From: Candidatus Nanopelagicales bacterium
GTDB lineage: Bacteria > Actinomycetota > Actinomycetes > S36-B12
DNA: 64,000 nt
Assembly (NCBI GenBank): GCA_030830865.1
Contig: JAURME010000054.1
Span: forward strand, 12,649-76,648
Direction of reading: 5' to 3'
Position numbers and translations under genes: made by a program. Of the stretch, positions 48,107 through 59,133 are shown piece by piece. Under the pieces are notes generated by a model that did not search any database, was not told where the DNA came from, and saw nothing but the letters and a program-made list of their open reading frames with translations. Every line of letters starts with the position of its first letter. Position 1 is the stretch's first letter.

Positions 48107-51100
48107 ATGCGGGTCGTCGTGGCAGACGGAGCCATGGGGACGATGCTTCAGGCCGCCGACCCGTCCCTGGATGACTTTCAGGGCTACGAGGGCTGCAACG
48201 AGATTCTGAATGTCACTCGGCCTGAACTCGTGGAGAGCGTTCACGACGCGTACTTCGAGGTGGGAGTCGACTGCGTCGAGACCAACACGTTCGGTGCCAA
48301 TCTCGCCAACCTCGGCGAGTACGACATCCCCGAGCGCATCTATGAGCTGGCCAAGGCCGGCGCGGAGGTCGCGCGTCGTAGCGCCGACAGGTGGTCCAGT
48401 CCCGATCGCCCACGATGGGTGCTGGGATCGGTCGGCCCGGGCACCAAGCTCCCCAGTCTCGGTCACGCCCCATATGCGGTCCTTCGGGATGCCTATGAGC
48501 AGCAGGTGGCTGGTCTGGTTGCGGGCGGAGCTGACGCCATACTCGTGGAAACCTCACAGGACCTTCTGCAGACGAAGGCGTCCATCGTCGGCGCCAAGCG
48601 CGCGCTGGCCGCGGCCGGCGTCGACCTCCCGGTGTTCGCGCAGGTCACGGTGGAGACGACGGGCACGATGCTCCTCGGCAGCGAGATCGGGGCGGCCCTG
48701 ACCGCTCTGGAGCCCCTGGGCATCGACATGATCGGCCTCAACTGCGCCACCGGTCCGGCGGAGATGAGCGAGCACCTTCGAACCCTGTCCAAGTCCGCCA
48801 CCGTGGGCATCTCATGCATGCCCAACGCCGGCCTTCCGGTCCTCACCTCAGACGGTGCCCACTACCCGCTGTCACCGGAGGAACTGGCCGACGCGCACGA
48901 AGCGTTCACGAGGGAGTTCGGGATAGGTCTCGTCGGAGGGTGCTGCGGCACAACGCCCGCGCACCTTTCTGCCGTTGTCGAGCGCGTGCGCGGTCATGCA
49001 CTCATGCCACGTACGCCTGTGCACGAGGCCTCCGCGTCGTCGCTCTACCAGGCAGTGCCCTTTCGGCAGGACACGGCATACCTGTCCATCGGTGAGCGCA
49101 CCAACGCCAACGGCTCGAAGGCCTTCCGCGAGGCGATGCTGGATGAGCGCTGGGAGGACTGCGTCGAGATCGCGCGCGAGCAGATCCGCGATGGTGCCCA
49201 CCTTCTCGACCTCTGCGTGGACTATGTGGGGCGCGACGGCGCGGCCGACATGCGCGAACTGGCCGGCCGGCTGGCCACCGCCTCAACGCTGCCGATCGTC
49301 CTCGACAGCACGGAGCCGGCCGTGCTCCAGGCGGGCCTGGAGATGCTCGGTGGCCGAGCCGTGGTCAATTCGGTGAACTACGAGGACGGAGACGGTCCCG
49401 ACTCGCGAATCCGTCGCATCATGCCTCTGGTCGTCGAGCATGGCGCCGGCGTGGTGGCCCTGACGATCGATGAGGAGGGGCAGGCGCGCACGGCCGAGTG
49501 GAAGGTGCGCGTGGCCGACCGCCTCATCAGAGACCTGACCGAGAACTGGGGCATGGACGCCTCGGACATCCTCATGGATACGTTGACGTTCCCGATCGCA
49601 ACAGGTCAGGAGGAGACCCGGCGCGATGCGATCGAGACCATGGACGCCATCCGCACGCTCAAGCGGATGCACCCCACGGTGCAGACGACTCTCGGTCTGT
49701 CGAACGTGTCCTTCGGACTCAACCCGGCTGCCCGTCAGGTGCTCAACTCGGTGTTCCTTCACGAGTGCATGGAGGCCGGACTGGACTCGGCGATCGTGCA
49801 CGCCTCGAAGATCCTCCCGATGTCCAAGATCGCCGACGAGCAGCGGGAAGTCGCCCTTGATCTCGTCTACGACCGACGCCGCTACGCCGAAGACGGCACG
49901 GTCGAGTACGACCCCCTGCAGCGTTTCCTGGCGCTGTTCGAGGGGGTGGAGGCGCGATCGCTGTCCGCCTCCAAGGCCGAGGAACTGGCGGCGCTGCCGC
50001 TGTTCGAGCGCCTGGAGCGCCGTATTGTCGACGGCGAGCGCTCCGGGCTGGAATCTGACCTCGACGAAGCATTGGCGCAGCGTCCCGCCCTCGAAATCGT
50101 CAACGACACCCTTCTCGCGGGAATGAAGGTGGTCGGTGAGCTCTTCGCATCAGGTGAGATGCAACTGCCCTTCGTGCTTCAGAGCGCCGAGGTGATGAAG
50201 ACCGCCGTGGCCTATCTCGAACCGCACATGGAGCGGACCGACGAGGCGGGCAAGGGAACCATGGTGCTGGCCACCGTCAAGGGCGACGTCCATGACATCG
50301 GCAAGAACCTCGTCGACATCATCCTGTCGAACAACGGTTACACGGTTGTCAACATCGGCATCAAGCAGCCGATCAGCACCATCATCGAGGCGGCCGAGGA
50401 GAACAACGCCGATGTCGTGGGCATGAGCGGACTGTTGGTCAAGAGCACGGTCATCATGAAGGAGAACCTCGAGGAGATGAACTCGCGCGGCGTCGCTCCT
50501 CGATTCCCGGTCATCCTCGGTGGCGCGGCCCTCACCCGTGCCTACGTGGAGCAGGACCTCGCCGAGGTGTATGAGGGCGAGGTGCGCTACGCCCGTGACG
50601 CTTTCGAGGGCCTGCGACTCATGGACGCCGTCATGGCCGTGAAGCGGGGAGAACCCGGTGCGGCGCTGCCTGAGCGCCGTGAGCGCCGGGTCAAGGCCGC
50701 GGGGAGGAGCTCCGAGGTGGACCCGGTCGACCTTCCGGCGCGGTCCGACGTCGCGATCGACGTCCCGGTGCCGAGGCCGCCGTTCTGGGGGGATCGGGTC
50801 GTGCGGGGCATCGCCCTCGCGGACTACCTGCCGTATCTCGACGAGCGTGCACTGTTCCTCGGCCAGTGGGGGCTCAAACCCGGACGGGGCGAGGCCGGCG
50901 CGTCGTATGACGAACTGGTCGAGACCGAGGGGCGGCCTCGCCTGCGCGAGTGGCTCGATCGCGTCCACACCCAGGGGATCATCGAGCCGGCGGTGGTCTA
51001 CGGATACTTCCCGTGCTACTCCGAGGGCGACGACCTGGTGATCGTCCATGGTGACGGACCCTCAGCCGGTGAGGAGCGGGCCCGACTCACCTTCCCCCGT

Positions 51101-51577
51101 CAGCGCCGGGACCGTCACCTGTGCCTGTCGGACTTCTACCGGCCGAAGGAGTCCGGGGAGCTCGACGTGGTTGCGTTCACCATCGTCACCATGGGTCAGG
51201 CGGCATCGAACGCCACCGCTGAGCTCTTCGAGAAGGATGCCTATCGCGAGTACCTCGAGCTGCATGGTCTGTCGGTGCAGTTGACCGAGGCGCTGGCGGA
51301 GTTCTGGCATGCCCGCGTTCGCGAAGAGCTGGGGCTCTCCGGAGGCGACAGTGCCGACATGGATCACCTGATCGCCAAGCAGGGGTACCAGGGGTCGCGG
51401 TACTCCTTCGGCTACCCGGCCTGCCCCGACCTCGAGCAGCAGACGGTGATCATGGGGCTTCTGGACCCGGGGCGCATCGGCGTGGAGCTGTCGGAGGAGT
51501 TCCAACTCCATCCTGAGCAGTCGACGAGCGCGATCATCGCCCACCACCCCGAGGCCAAGTACTTCAACGCCACATGA
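48107..51577 (+). CDS. metH: cobalamin-dependent methionine synthase
   Basis: Hcy-binding (DGAMGTMLQ...GCNE...GGCCGTTP), pterin-binding, B12-binding (GDVHDIGKN) and AdoMet activation domains. Start ATG 48107 lies 8 nt after GAGGGAGG. GTG 48032 is an alternative; the track start 47807 overlaps the PAC2 gene. Confidence 0.93.
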   Translation: MRVVVADGAMGTMLQAADPSLDDFQGYEGCNEILNVTRPELVESVHDAYFEVGVDCVETNTFGANLANLGEYDIPERIYELAKAGAEVARRSADRWSSPDRPRWVLGSVGPGTKLPSLGHAPYAVLRDAYEQQVAGLVAGGADAILVETSQDLLQTKASIVGAKRALAAAGVDLPVFAQVTVETTGTMLLGSEIGAALTALEPLGIDMIGLNCATGPAEMSEHLRTLSKSATVGISCMPNAGLPVLTSDGAHYPLSPEELADAHEAFTREFGIGLVGGCCGTTPAHLSAVVERVRGHALMPRTPVHEASASSLYQAVPFRQDTAYLSIGERTNANGSKAFREAMLDERWEDCVEIAREQIRDGAHLLDLCVDYVGRDGAADMRELAGRLATASTLPIVLDSTEPAVLQAGLEMLGGRAVVNSVNYEDGDGPDSRIRRIMPLVVEHGAGVVALTIDEEGQARTAEWKVRVADRLIRDLTENWGMDASDILMDTLTFPIATGQEETRRDAIETMDAIRTLKRMHPTVQTTLGLSNVSFGLNPAARQVLNSVFLHECMEAGLDSAIVHASKILPMSKIADEQREVALDLVYDRRRYAEDGTVEYDPLQRFLALFEGVEARSLSASKAEELAALPLFERLERRIVDGERSGLESDLDEALAQRPALEIVNDTLLAGMKVVGELFASGEMQLPFVLQSAEVMKTAVAYLEPHMERTDEAGKGTMVLATVKGDVHDIGKNLVDIILSNNGYTVVNIGIKQPISTIIEAAEENNADVVGMSGLLVKSTVIMKENLEEMNSRGVAPRFPVILGGAALTRAYVEQDLAEVYEGEVRYARDAFEGLRLMDAVMAVKRGEPGAALPERRERRVKAAGRSSEVDPVDLPARSDVAIDVPVPRPPFWGDRVVRGIALADYLPYLDERALFLGQWGLKPGRGEAGASYDELVETEGRPRLREWLDRVHTQGIIEPAVVYGYFPCYSEGDDLVIVHGDGPSAGEERARLTFPRQRRDRHLCLSDFYRPKESGELDVVAFTIVTMGQAASNATAELFEKDAYREYLELHGLSVQLTEALAEFWHARVREELGLSGGDSADMDHLIAKQGYQGSRYSFGYPACPDLEQQTVIMGLLDPGRIGVELSEEFQLHPEQSTSAIIAHHPEAKYFNAT

Positions 51578-52257
51578 CGGCTGAGGCGGAATTGCCGTCA
51601 GCCGTCCTGTTCGACATGGACGGGACGCTCGTCGACACGGAGCACCTGTGGCTCGATGCCGAACGCGAGGTCATGGCCGGTCTCGGCGCCACCTGGCACG
51701 ACGAGGACCAGGTGATGTGCCTGGGTGGCCCACTGGAGCGGGTGACGGCCTACATGCGCGAACGCGCCGCCACCGATCTCACCCAGGAGGAGATCGGGGA
51801 TCTGCTGATGGCTGGGATGGAGCATCGTCTGCTGAGCGAGCCCCCCGAGTGGCGACCCGGAGCCAGAGACCTCCTCGCTGAGTGCCGTCGGCGTGACCTG
51901 CCCACCGCTCTCGTGTCCGCCTCGTGGCAGCGACTGATCAGCGCTGTCGCTGGCCGGATCGAGAGCGACCTGGGCTATCACCCCTTCACCACGGTCGTCT
52001 CGGGTGACCAGGTGAGGAACAGCAAGCCCCATCCGGAGCCGTACCAGACGGCGGCCGCGCGTCTCGGCGCCCCAGTCCACGCCTGCCTGGCCCTTGAGGA
52101 CTCACCGACCGGCATCGTCTCGGCTCGGGATGCAGGGTGCCGAGTCGTGGCCGTCCCGCAGCTGGCTGAGGTGGGACATCTCGGCACAGCGACACTGGCC
52201 AGCCTTGAGGGGTGGGACATCCCCAGCCTGTGGGCACACGCAGAACCGGCCTGCTGA
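51574..52257 (+). CDS. HAD-IA family hydrolase/phosphatase
   Basis: 227 aa. VLFDMDGTLVDTE (DxDGT motif), VSASW, KPHPEPY and LEDSPTG. The start overlaps the metH stop. Confidence 0.8.
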   Translation: MTAEAELPSAVLFDMDGTLVDTEHLWLDAEREVMAGLGATWHDEDQVMCLGGPLERVTAYMRERAATDLTQEEIGDLLMAGMEHRLLSEPPEWRPGARDLLAECRRRDLPTALVSASWQRLISAVAGRIESDLGYHPFTTVVSGDQVRNSKPHPEPYQTAAARLGAPVHACLALEDSPTGIVSARDAGCRVVAVPQLAEVGHLGTATLASLEGWDIPSLWAHAEPAC

Positions 52258-52284
52258 CACGTTCGCCTGCCGTTCGGCCGCGAG

Positions 52285-53160
52285 TCAGGCGGGCGGCTCC
52301 TCTACGTCCGAGCCGTCGGTCCGCCGGCTGGACATCGCCGTGGGCCAGTCGGCGCGATCGGGCAGCGGGGGAGGGGTGCCTCCCCATGCCGGACACAAGG
52401 CCCGGTGGCTGCACCAGTCGCACAGTTTCGACGGTGACGGCGTGAACTCCCCGGAATCGGCTGCGCGGGAGATGGCATCGCGCAATGCGAGCACGCGCCT
52501 CTCCGTGGACTCGAGCTCCCTGGTCTCAGGCTCGTAGCGAAGCAAGGAACGGCTCCCGAGATACATGAGTTGGAGGAGTCGGGGCACCTCGCCCGTCATG
52601 CGCCACCAGGTGAGCCCGTAGAAGCGCATCTGGAACATCGCCTTGCCGGCGTAGGCTTCTGAGGGTGCTCGACCCGTCTTGTAGTCCACGATCCGGATGA
52701 GGCCGTCGGGCGAGCGATCCACCCGGTCCACGAAACCTCTCAAGTGGAGGCCGGGCTCCACGTCGGCGTGGACCGCCACCTCCCTGGCGTGGGGTTCAAG
52801 TCGCTGCGGATCCTCCATCGCGAAGTACGCATCGATGAAGTGACCTGCCGCGACATCGGGCACGGCGCCTGGCTCCGGGCGGAGCGCGTCGAGCTCCGCC
52901 GGTGAGGTGCGGCCGAGTTCCTCGACCGCATCGTCCAGCAGGCGCAGACCGGCGTCGGGCGTCCGCTCCTGGGAGGGGAGGTCGAAGAGCCACTCCAGCG
53001 CCCGATGCACAAGGGTTCCTCGCACGGCAGCCGCGGACGGCTCCTCCGGGAGGCGGTCGATGGATCGGAAGCGGAAGAGGAGAGGGCAGGTGGTGAAATC
53101 CCCGGCGCGCGATGGTGACAGCGAGGCGGGGAAGGGAGCGGCTGCCGCGACGTCGGTCAC
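52285..53160 (-). CDS. RecB-family PD-(D/E)XK nuclease with Cas4/AddB-type cysteine cluster
   Basis: LSPSRAGDFTTCPLLFRFRSIDRL, GFVDRVDR...IRIVDYKTGR (D...DxK), FQMRFYGL (QxxxY), and C-terminal CDWCSHRALC. Start re-picked as GTG 53160. Confidence 0.75.
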   Translation of the reverse strand: MTDVAAAAPFPASLSPSRAGDFTTCPLLFRFRSIDRLPEEPSAAAVRGTLVHRALEWLFDLPSQERTPDAGLRLLDDAVEELGRTSPAELDALRPEPGAVPDVAAGHFIDAYFAMEDPQRLEPHAREVAVHADVEPGLHLRGFVDRVDRSPDGLIRIVDYKTGRAPSEAYAGKAMFQMRFYGLTWWRMTGEVPRLLQLMYLGSRSLLRYEPETRELESTERRVLALRDAISRAADSGEFTPSPSKLCDWCSHRALCPAWGGTPPPLPDRADWPTAMSSRRTDGSDVEEPPA

Positions 53161-53188
53161 ATCGGCGCAGCCTAGTAGCGTTCTGCGG

Positions 53189-54127
53189 GTGCCCGATGAC
53201 GATGACACGGCCGGTACCGGCGATCGCGCCGCCCTCGGTGGTTCCCGCCGTCGGGGGACCTTCGCGGTCGGCGATCTCGTCCAGCTGACCGATCCGCGGG
53301 GCAAGATGCACACCATCACGCTGACGCAGGGCGCGTCCTACCACACACATCGCGGGTCCCTGCCCCACGACGACATCCTCGGCCGACCGGAGGGCATCGT
53401 CGTCACGTCGAGCAATGGAACGAGCTTCCTGGCACTTCGCCCCATCCTCGACGACTTCGTCCTGTCCATGCCACGCGGTGCACAGGTCATCTACCCGAAG
53501 GATGCGGCCCGGATCGTGGGGCTGGCCAACCTCGGCGCCGGTGCCCGGGTCGCCGAGGCCGGCGTCGGGTCCGGTGCACTGACCTGCTCGCTGCTGCGCT
53601 CGGTGGGCGACGCGGGTGCGGTGTACAGCTACGAGCGACGCCCGGAGTTCGCCGAGGTCGCGACGGGGAACGTGGTGAAGTGGTTCGGGCACCGGCCGGT
53701 CAACTGGACCCTGACGCTCGGGGACATGGCCCACGATTTGATCCAACGTGACCTCGATGCCGTCGTGCTCGACATGCTCGCGCCCTGGGAATGCCTGGAG
53801 AGCGTCGCCTCGGCTCTCGCCCCGGGCGGCGTGCTCGTGTGCTACGTCGCGACCACGACGCAGATGTCCCGCCTCGTGGAGACCATGCGGGTTCAGGGCG
53901 GTTGGACCGAACCGCGTGCGGAGGAGTCCCTGCTGCGGACGTGGCACCTTGAGGGTCTGGCTGTGCGTCCGGATCACCGGATGAACGGGCACACGGCGTT
54001 CCTCATCACCTCTCGGCGACTCGCCCCGGGAACGGTCCTGCCCCCGCGCAAGCGGCGTCCCGCCCCTGGCGCCTACGGAGAGGACTACACGGGCCCCGGC
54101 AGCATTCGCGACGTGCCCGAGGAGTAG
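53189..54127 (+). CDS. trmI: tRNA (adenine-N1)-methyltransferase
   Basis: [21 protein letters not shown]...[17 protein letters not shown]...[20 protein letters not shown]...[12 protein letters not shown] (GCD14/TrmI family). Start re-picked as GTG 53189; there is no in-frame ATG nearby. Confidence 0.85.
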   Translation: MPDDDDTAGTGDRAALGGSRRRGTFAVGDLVQLTDPRGKMHTITLTQGASYHTHRGSLPHDDILGRPEGIVVTSSNGTSFLALRPILDDFVLSMPRGAQVIYPKDAARIVGLANLGAGARVAEAGVGSGALTCSLLRSVGDAGAVYSYERRPEFAEVATGNVVKWFGHRPVNWTLTLGDMAHDLIQRDLDAVVLDMLAPWECLESVASALAPGGVLVCYVATTTQMSRLVETMRVQGGWTEPRAEESLLRTWHLEGLAVRPDHRMNGHTAFLITSRRLAPGTVLPPRKRRPAPGAYGEDYTGPGSIRDVPEE

Positions 54128-54159
54128 TCCTCCAGCACGTGCTCGAGCCGGATCGGGGT

Positions 54160-54165
54160 TACAGT
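54160..54165 (+). promoter_or_regulatory. candidate -10 hexamer TACAGT upstream of arc
   Basis: Fits the TANNNT pattern, 51 nt upstream of ATG 54217. There is no convincing -35. Purely a sequence-pattern call. Confidence 0.25.
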
Positions 54166-54216
54166 GACAGCGGGTCGGATGACCCGAGGTCCCGTGGGCT
54201 GAAGGACGGAGCGACC

Positions 54217-55878
54217 ATGAGCGATTCACCGGGCTGGGCAGCACGCGTCCACGAGCTGGAGGCGGCCCTGACCGAGGTGCGCGGCGAGCTCGCGACCCAA
54301 CGGGACCACAACGCGCGCCTCACCCAGACCCTCCGTGACGCCCGGGAGCAGATCGTCACGTTGAAGGACGAGGTCGACCGGCTGGGCACACCCCCGAGCA
54401 CCTTCGGCACCGTGATGTCGGTCCACGACGACGGCAGTGCCACGCTCATGGCATCCGGGCGCAAACTCCGCGTGAGCGTCAGCCCTGGAGTCGAGGCGAG
54501 CGACCTCCGCCCGGGCCGGGAGGTGCGACTCAACGAGTCACTCACCGTCATCGAGGCCCTGCAGTTCGAGGAGACCGGGGAGATCGTCACGCTCAAGGAG
54601 ATCCTCGGAGACCGTAGCCGGGCGGTTGTCGTCGGCCACACGGACGAGGAGCGGGTCGTGCGTCTGGCCGAGCCCCTGCTCGGGGAGCGCCTCCGTGCGG
54701 GCGACTCGCTCCTGTGCGACATCAGGGCGGGCCTGGTCTTCGAGCGCATCCCGAAATCGGAGGTGGAGGAGCTTGTCCTTGAGGAGGTTCCCGACATCCG
54801 CTACTCCGATATCGGTGGCCTGCGCGACCAGATCGAGGCCATTCGGGACGCGGTCGAGCTGCCATTCCTGCACCCGGACCTGTACGCCGAGCACGAGTTG
54901 AAGGCGCCCAAGGGGATCCTGCTCTACGGTCCGCCGGGATGCGGCAAGACGCTGATCGCAAAGGCAGTTGCGAACTCCCTCGCGAAGAAGGTGGCCGAAC
55001 GCACGGGCGTCGCCGAGGCGCGGTCGTACTTCCTGAACATCAAGGGACCGGAGCTGCTCAACAAGTACGTCGGCGAGACCGAACGTCACATCCGGCTGGT
55101 GTTCCAGCGTGCCCGCGAGAAGGCGTCGGAGGGCTTGCCGGTCATCGTCTTCTTCGACGAGATGGACTCGCTGTTCCGCACCCGTGGCACCGGCGTGTCC
55201 AGTGACGTCGAGAACACGATCGTTCCTCAGCTCCTCAGCGAGATCGACGGAGTCGAGAGACTCGAGAACGTCATCGTCATCGGGGCCTCGAACCGTGAGG
55301 ACATGATCGATCCGGCGATCCTGAGGCCCGGTCGACTGGACGTCAAGATCAAGATCGAGAGGCCCGACGCCGAGTCGGCCCACGACATCTTCAGCAAGTA
55401 CCTGGTGTCCACGCTTCCCATCCACCGTGATGACCTCGCGCAGCACAACAATGACACCTCTGCGGCGTGCCAGGAGATGATCCAGAGAGCCGTCGAGACC
55501 ATGTACGCGGAGACCGAGGACAACACTTTCCTTGAGGTGACCTACGCGAACGGCGACAAGGAGATCCTGTATTTCAAGGACTTCAATTCCGGGGCGATGA
55601 TCGAAAACATCGTGGCTCGAGCCAAGAAGAGCGCGATCAAGGAGTTCCTCGACACCGGGGAGAAGGGCATCCGGGTCCACCATCTGCTGGACGCCTGCCA
55701 CGACGAGTTCCGTGAGAACGAGGACCTGCCCAACACGACAAATCCCGACGACTGGGCGCGCATCTCCGGCAAGAAGGGAGAGCGCATCGTCTTCATCCGG
55801 ACGTTGATCCAGGGCAAGAAGGGGTCCGAGCCGGGTCGGTCCATCGAGAACGTCACGAACACGGGGCAGTACCTGTAG
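54217..55878 (+). CDS. arc: proteasome-associated AAA ATPase (ARC/Mpa)
   Basis: N-terminal coiled coil ([24 protein letters not shown]), OB domains, Walker A GPPGCGKT, and the C-terminal GQYL proteasome-docking motif. Start ATG 54217 follows AAGGACGGAG. Confidence 0.95.
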   Translation: MSDSPGWAARVHELEAALTEVRGELATQRDHNARLTQTLRDAREQIVTLKDEVDRLGTPPSTFGTVMSVHDDGSATLMASGRKLRVSVSPGVEASDLRPGREVRLNESLTVIEALQFEETGEIVTLKEILGDRSRAVVVGHTDEERVVRLAEPLLGERLRAGDSLLCDIRAGLVFERIPKSEVEELVLEEVPDIRYSDIGGLRDQIEAIRDAVELPFLHPDLYAEHELKAPKGILLYGPPGCGKTLIAKAVANSLAKKVAERTGVAEARSYFLNIKGPELLNKYVGETERHIRLVFQRAREKASEGLPVIVFFDEMDSLFRTRGTGVSSDVENTIVPQLLSEIDGVERLENVIVIGASNREDMIDPAILRPGRLDVKIKIERPDAESAHDIFSKYLVSTLPIHRDDLAQHNNDTSAACQEMIQRAVETMYAETEDNTFLEVTYANGDKEILYFKDFNSGAMIENIVARAKKSAIKEFLDTGEKGIRVHHLLDACHDEFRENEDLPNTTNPDDWARISGKKGERIVFIRTLIQGKKGSEPGRSIENVTNTGQYL

Positions 55879-57384
55879 ATGACCGTCCATCGCGTGATGG
55901 GCATCGAGACCGAGTACGGGATCACGGTGCCGGGGCATCCGGAGGTCAACCCGACGGCTTCGAGTTCCCGCATCGTGCAGGCTTACGCTCAGGCCGTCCT
56001 TCCACGGCTGCACGGGCAGTCAGGATGGGACTACGACCTCGAGACGCCCCTGCGCGATGCCCGTGGATTCGACATGTCACGGGCGGACGCCGATCCCACG
56101 CAGCTGACCGACGAGTCGGGTCTGGCGAACGTCGTCCTCACGAACGGCGCCCGTCTCTACGTCGACCACGCCCACCCCGAGCTGTCCACACCGGAGGTGA
56201 CAAACCCGCGGGATGCCCTCCTGTGGGATCGCGCCGGTGTCGAGATCATGCGGCGCGCCATGCGCCTCGCGACCGAGACAGGCGAGCCGATCGTGCTGTA
56301 CAAGAACAACACGGACAACAAAGGTGCGTCTTACGGCTGCCACGAGAACTACCTCATGGAGCGCCGCACTCCCTTCCCGTCGATCATCCGGCACCTCACG
56401 CCGTTCTTCATCACGAGGCAGGTGTTCACCGGGGCCGGGCGTCTGGGCCTGGGCCAGGATGGTCGCGTCAAGGACTACCAGATCAGTCAGCGCGCCGACT
56501 TTTTCGAGGTCGAGGTGGGTCTGGAGACCACGCTGAAGCGACCCATCATCAACACCCGCGACGAGCCCCATGCCGATCCAGAGCGCTACCGACGCCTTCA
56601 CGTCATCGTGGGTGACGCCAACCTGAGTGACACTGCGACCTACCTGAAACTCGGGACCACGGCCCTGGTGCTGGCCATGCTCGAAGCAGGCTTCCTCGAG
56701 GGACACGAGTGGTGGCCGGTCGAGCCCGTCCGCGAGATGCACGCGGTGTCCCACGACACCGATCTCGCGCATGAATTGGTCCTCACGGGCGGCCGCCGCC
56801 GGACGGCGCTGCAGATCCAGCAGGAGCTGTACGAGCTCGCGGAGGCGTTCTGCGCTCCGTCGATGGATCCGGCCACTCGTGCGGTACTCGATGAATGGGG
56901 GCGTGTGCTCGCTGATCTGAGCATCGATCCGTCGGCCGCTTCCGACCGGGTCGACTGGCTGGCCAAGAGGAACCTCCTGGAGGGCTTCCGCCGTCGCGAG
57001 GGTCTGGGATGGGACTCACCGCGACTCCAGCTCATCGACCTGCAGTACTCGGACGTCCGCTCAGAGCGTGGTCTGGCGTTGAGACTCGAGGAGCGAGAAC
57101 TCCTCGTCAGGCTGGTGAGTGACGAGGAGGTCGCCCGCGCCGTCACAGACGCGCCCCGCGACACGCGTGCCTACTTCCGTGGAGAGTGCCTGCGCCGGTT
57201 TCCGGAGTCCGTGGCAGCCGCCTCATGGGACTCCGTCGTCTTCGACCTCCCCGGCCGTGATGCGCTGCTGCGGGTGCCGATCCTCGAGCCGTTGCGGGGG
57301 ACCGCGGACGCGGTCGGGACGCTGCTCGACGAGGCGGCGGACGCCGCTGCGCTCGTCGATGGCCTCCTGCGCGAGGCGCGGTAG
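55879..57384 (+). CDS. dop: Pup deamidase/depupylase
   Basis: 501 aa. MGIETEYGI, WDYDLETPLRDARGFD, NGARLYVDHAHPE and [17 protein letters not shown]. Closely resembles mycobacterial Dop as I recall it. The ATG directly follows the arc TAG. Confidence 0.9.
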   Translation: MTVHRVMGIETEYGITVPGHPEVNPTASSSRIVQAYAQAVLPRLHGQSGWDYDLETPLRDARGFDMSRADADPTQLTDESGLANVVLTNGARLYVDHAHPELSTPEVTNPRDALLWDRAGVEIMRRAMRLATETGEPIVLYKNNTDNKGASYGCHENYLMERRTPFPSIIRHLTPFFITRQVFTGAGRLGLGQDGRVKDYQISQRADFFEVEVGLETTLKRPIINTRDEPHADPERYRRLHVIVGDANLSDTATYLKLGTTALVLAMLEAGFLEGHEWWPVEPVREMHAVSHDTDLAHELVLTGGRRRTALQIQQELYELAEAFCAPSMDPATRAVLDEWGRVLADLSIDPSAASDRVDWLAKRNLLEGFRRREGLGWDSPRLQLIDLQYSDVRSERGLALRLEERELLVRLVSDEEVARAVTDAPRDTRAYFRGECLRRFPESVAAASWDSVVFDLPGRDALLRVPILEPLRGTADAVGTLLDEAADAAALVDGLLREAR

Positions 57385-57393
57385 CCTGTGGGC

Positions 57394-57588
57394 ATGGCAC
57401 AGCGTGAATCTGCGGAGTCCCGTCGGCGGGAGATCGAGGACGACACGGTCGAGGACGCATCCCTGCCTCAGGCAGCCCCCTCGGATCTCGACGCGGACAT
57501 CGACTCCATCCTCGACGAGATCGACGAGGTCCTCGAGGAGAACGCCGAGGACTTCGTGAAGTCATTCGTTCAGAAGGGCGGCCAGTGA
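57394..57588 (+). CDS. pup: prokaryotic ubiquitin-like protein Pup (C-terminal GGQ)
   Basis: [17 protein letters not shown]...[28 protein letters not shown] 57388 (the track start) is an alternative start. Confidence 0.9.
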   Translation: MAQRESAESRRREIEDDTVEDASLPQAAPSDLDADIDSILDEIDEVLEENAEDFVKSFVQKGGQ

Positions 57589-58397
57589 CCTCACCCGCGG
57601 GACTGCCGTCGGCGTACGGGCTCGCCGGCACTGCCTCCTTCTCAGAGTTCCTCGCCGCGCTGCATCCGGACCGGCTGCGCACGCCGGGCGTCGACGCCAT
57701 GGCCGTCGCCCCGCACGGGACGACCATCGTGGCGCTACGCACGGCAGACGGTGTCGTCATGGCAGGCGACCGGCGCGCGACGATGGGCAACATCATCGCC
57801 CAGCACGACATCGAGAAGGTGTTCGCCGCTGACGACTTCAGCGTCATCGGCATCGCGGGTACCGCCGGTCTGGCGGTGGAGCTGGTCCGCCTGTTCCAGG
57901 TCGAGCTCGAGCACTACGAGAAGATCGAGGGAGTCCCGCTGTCGCTCGACGGCAAGGCCAACCGTCTCGCGAGCATGCTCCGCGGACAGTTGGGACTAGC
58001 ACTCCAGGGTCTTGCGGTGGTGCCCCTGTTCGCCGGCTTCGACACGGCAGCATCGCGGGGCCGGATCTTCTCCTATGACGTGACAGGCGGTCGCTACGAG
58101 GAGCATGACTTCTATGCCGTCGGGTCGGGCTCTGCCTATGCACGGGGCTCGATGAAGAAGCTGTTCCGGCCCGATGCGCCGACATCCGATGGCGTCTCGG
58201 TTGCCCTCCAGGCCCTCTACGACGCCGCGGATGATGACAGCGCGACCGGGGGACCAGATCTCGCTCGGGGTATCTATCCGGTCGTCGCTGTGGTCGATCC
58301 CGACGGGTCGCGGATCCTGACCGACTCCGAGGTCGGCCCCGTCGTGGAACGCATCGTTGCCGATCGTCGGACCCGGCAGGCGGGGGACGCATCATGA
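57585..58397 (+). CDS. prcB: 20S proteasome beta subunit
   Basis: 270 aa. Propeptide ending ...APHG followed by TTIVAL (N-terminal Thr nucleophile after processing). The GTG overlaps the pup TGA (GTGA). Confidence 0.95.
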   Translation: MTSPAGLPSAYGLAGTASFSEFLAALHPDRLRTPGVDAMAVAPHGTTIVALRTADGVVMAGDRRATMGNIIAQHDIEKVFAADDFSVIGIAGTAGLAVELVRLFQVELEHYEKIEGVPLSLDGKANRLASMLRGQLGLALQGLAVVPLFAGFDTAASRGRIFSYDVTGGRYEEHDFYAVGSGSAYARGSMKKLFRPDAPTSDGVSVALQALYDAADDDSATGGPDLARGIYPVVAVVDPDGSRILTDSEVGPVVERIVADRRTRQAGDAS

Positions 58398-59092
58398 CCG
58401 TGCCGTTCTACGTCTCACCCGAACAGGTCATGCGCGACAAGGCGGACTTCGCGCGCAAGGGCATCGCGCGCGGCCGCAGTGTCGTCGTCGTGCAATACGA
58501 GGGTGGTATCGCCTTCGTGGCGGAGAACCCATCGAAGGCGCTGCACAAGATCAGCGAGTTGTACGACCGCATCGGCTTCGCGGCCGTCGGCAAGTACAAC
58601 GAGTTCGAGAGCCTTCGAGTCGCCGGGGTGCGGCTGGCGGACCTTCGGGGCTACTCCTATGACCGGTCGGACGTCACAGGCCGCAGTCTGGCGAATGCCT
58701 ACGCCCAGACCCTCGGCTCGATCTTCACCGAGACGGCCAAACCCTTCGAGGTCGAGATCATCGTCGCCGAAGTCGGTGTCGAAGCCGCTCACGATCAGCT
58801 CTACCGGCTCATGTTCGACGGTTCGGTGGGTGACGAGCGCGGATACGTGGCGATGGGCGGCTCGGCCGACGCCATCAACGCCGGGCTCGCCGAGGGCTGG
58901 CGTGAGGAGATGACCCTTGAGGAGGCCATCCGGCTCGCGGTGGACTCCCTCGCCGCTCATGGTGACGAGAGTCCGCGTCAGTTGGGTCCGGACGATCTCG
59001 AGGTAGCGGTCCTGGAGCGATCGCGTCCACGACGATGCTTCGCGCGTCTCGACAACGGTCGTCTCGCGACACTTCTTGAACCGTCAGCCTGA
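58394..59092 (+). CDS. prcA: 20S proteasome alpha subunit
   Basis: 232 aa. [26 protein letters not shown]...[20 protein letters not shown] overlap with prcB. Confidence 0.95.
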   Translation: MTVPFYVSPEQVMRDKADFARKGIARGRSVVVVQYEGGIAFVAENPSKALHKISELYDRIGFAAVGKYNEFESLRVAGVRLADLRGYSYDRSDVTGRSLANAYAQTLGSIFTETAKPFEVEIIVAEVGVEAAHDQLYRLMFDGSVGDERGYVAMGGSADAINAGLAEGWREEMTLEEAIRLAVDSLAAHGDESPRQLGPDDLEVAVLERSRPRRCFARLDNGRLATLLEPSA

Positions 59093-59133
59093 TCCACCGG
59101 GCACTACACCCTTACACCACGTAACGTGGACGC

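Noticed and set aside
54538-56013. 491-aa minus-strand ORF opposite arc and dop
   Set aside because: Antisense shadow of two unmistakable Pup-system genes.
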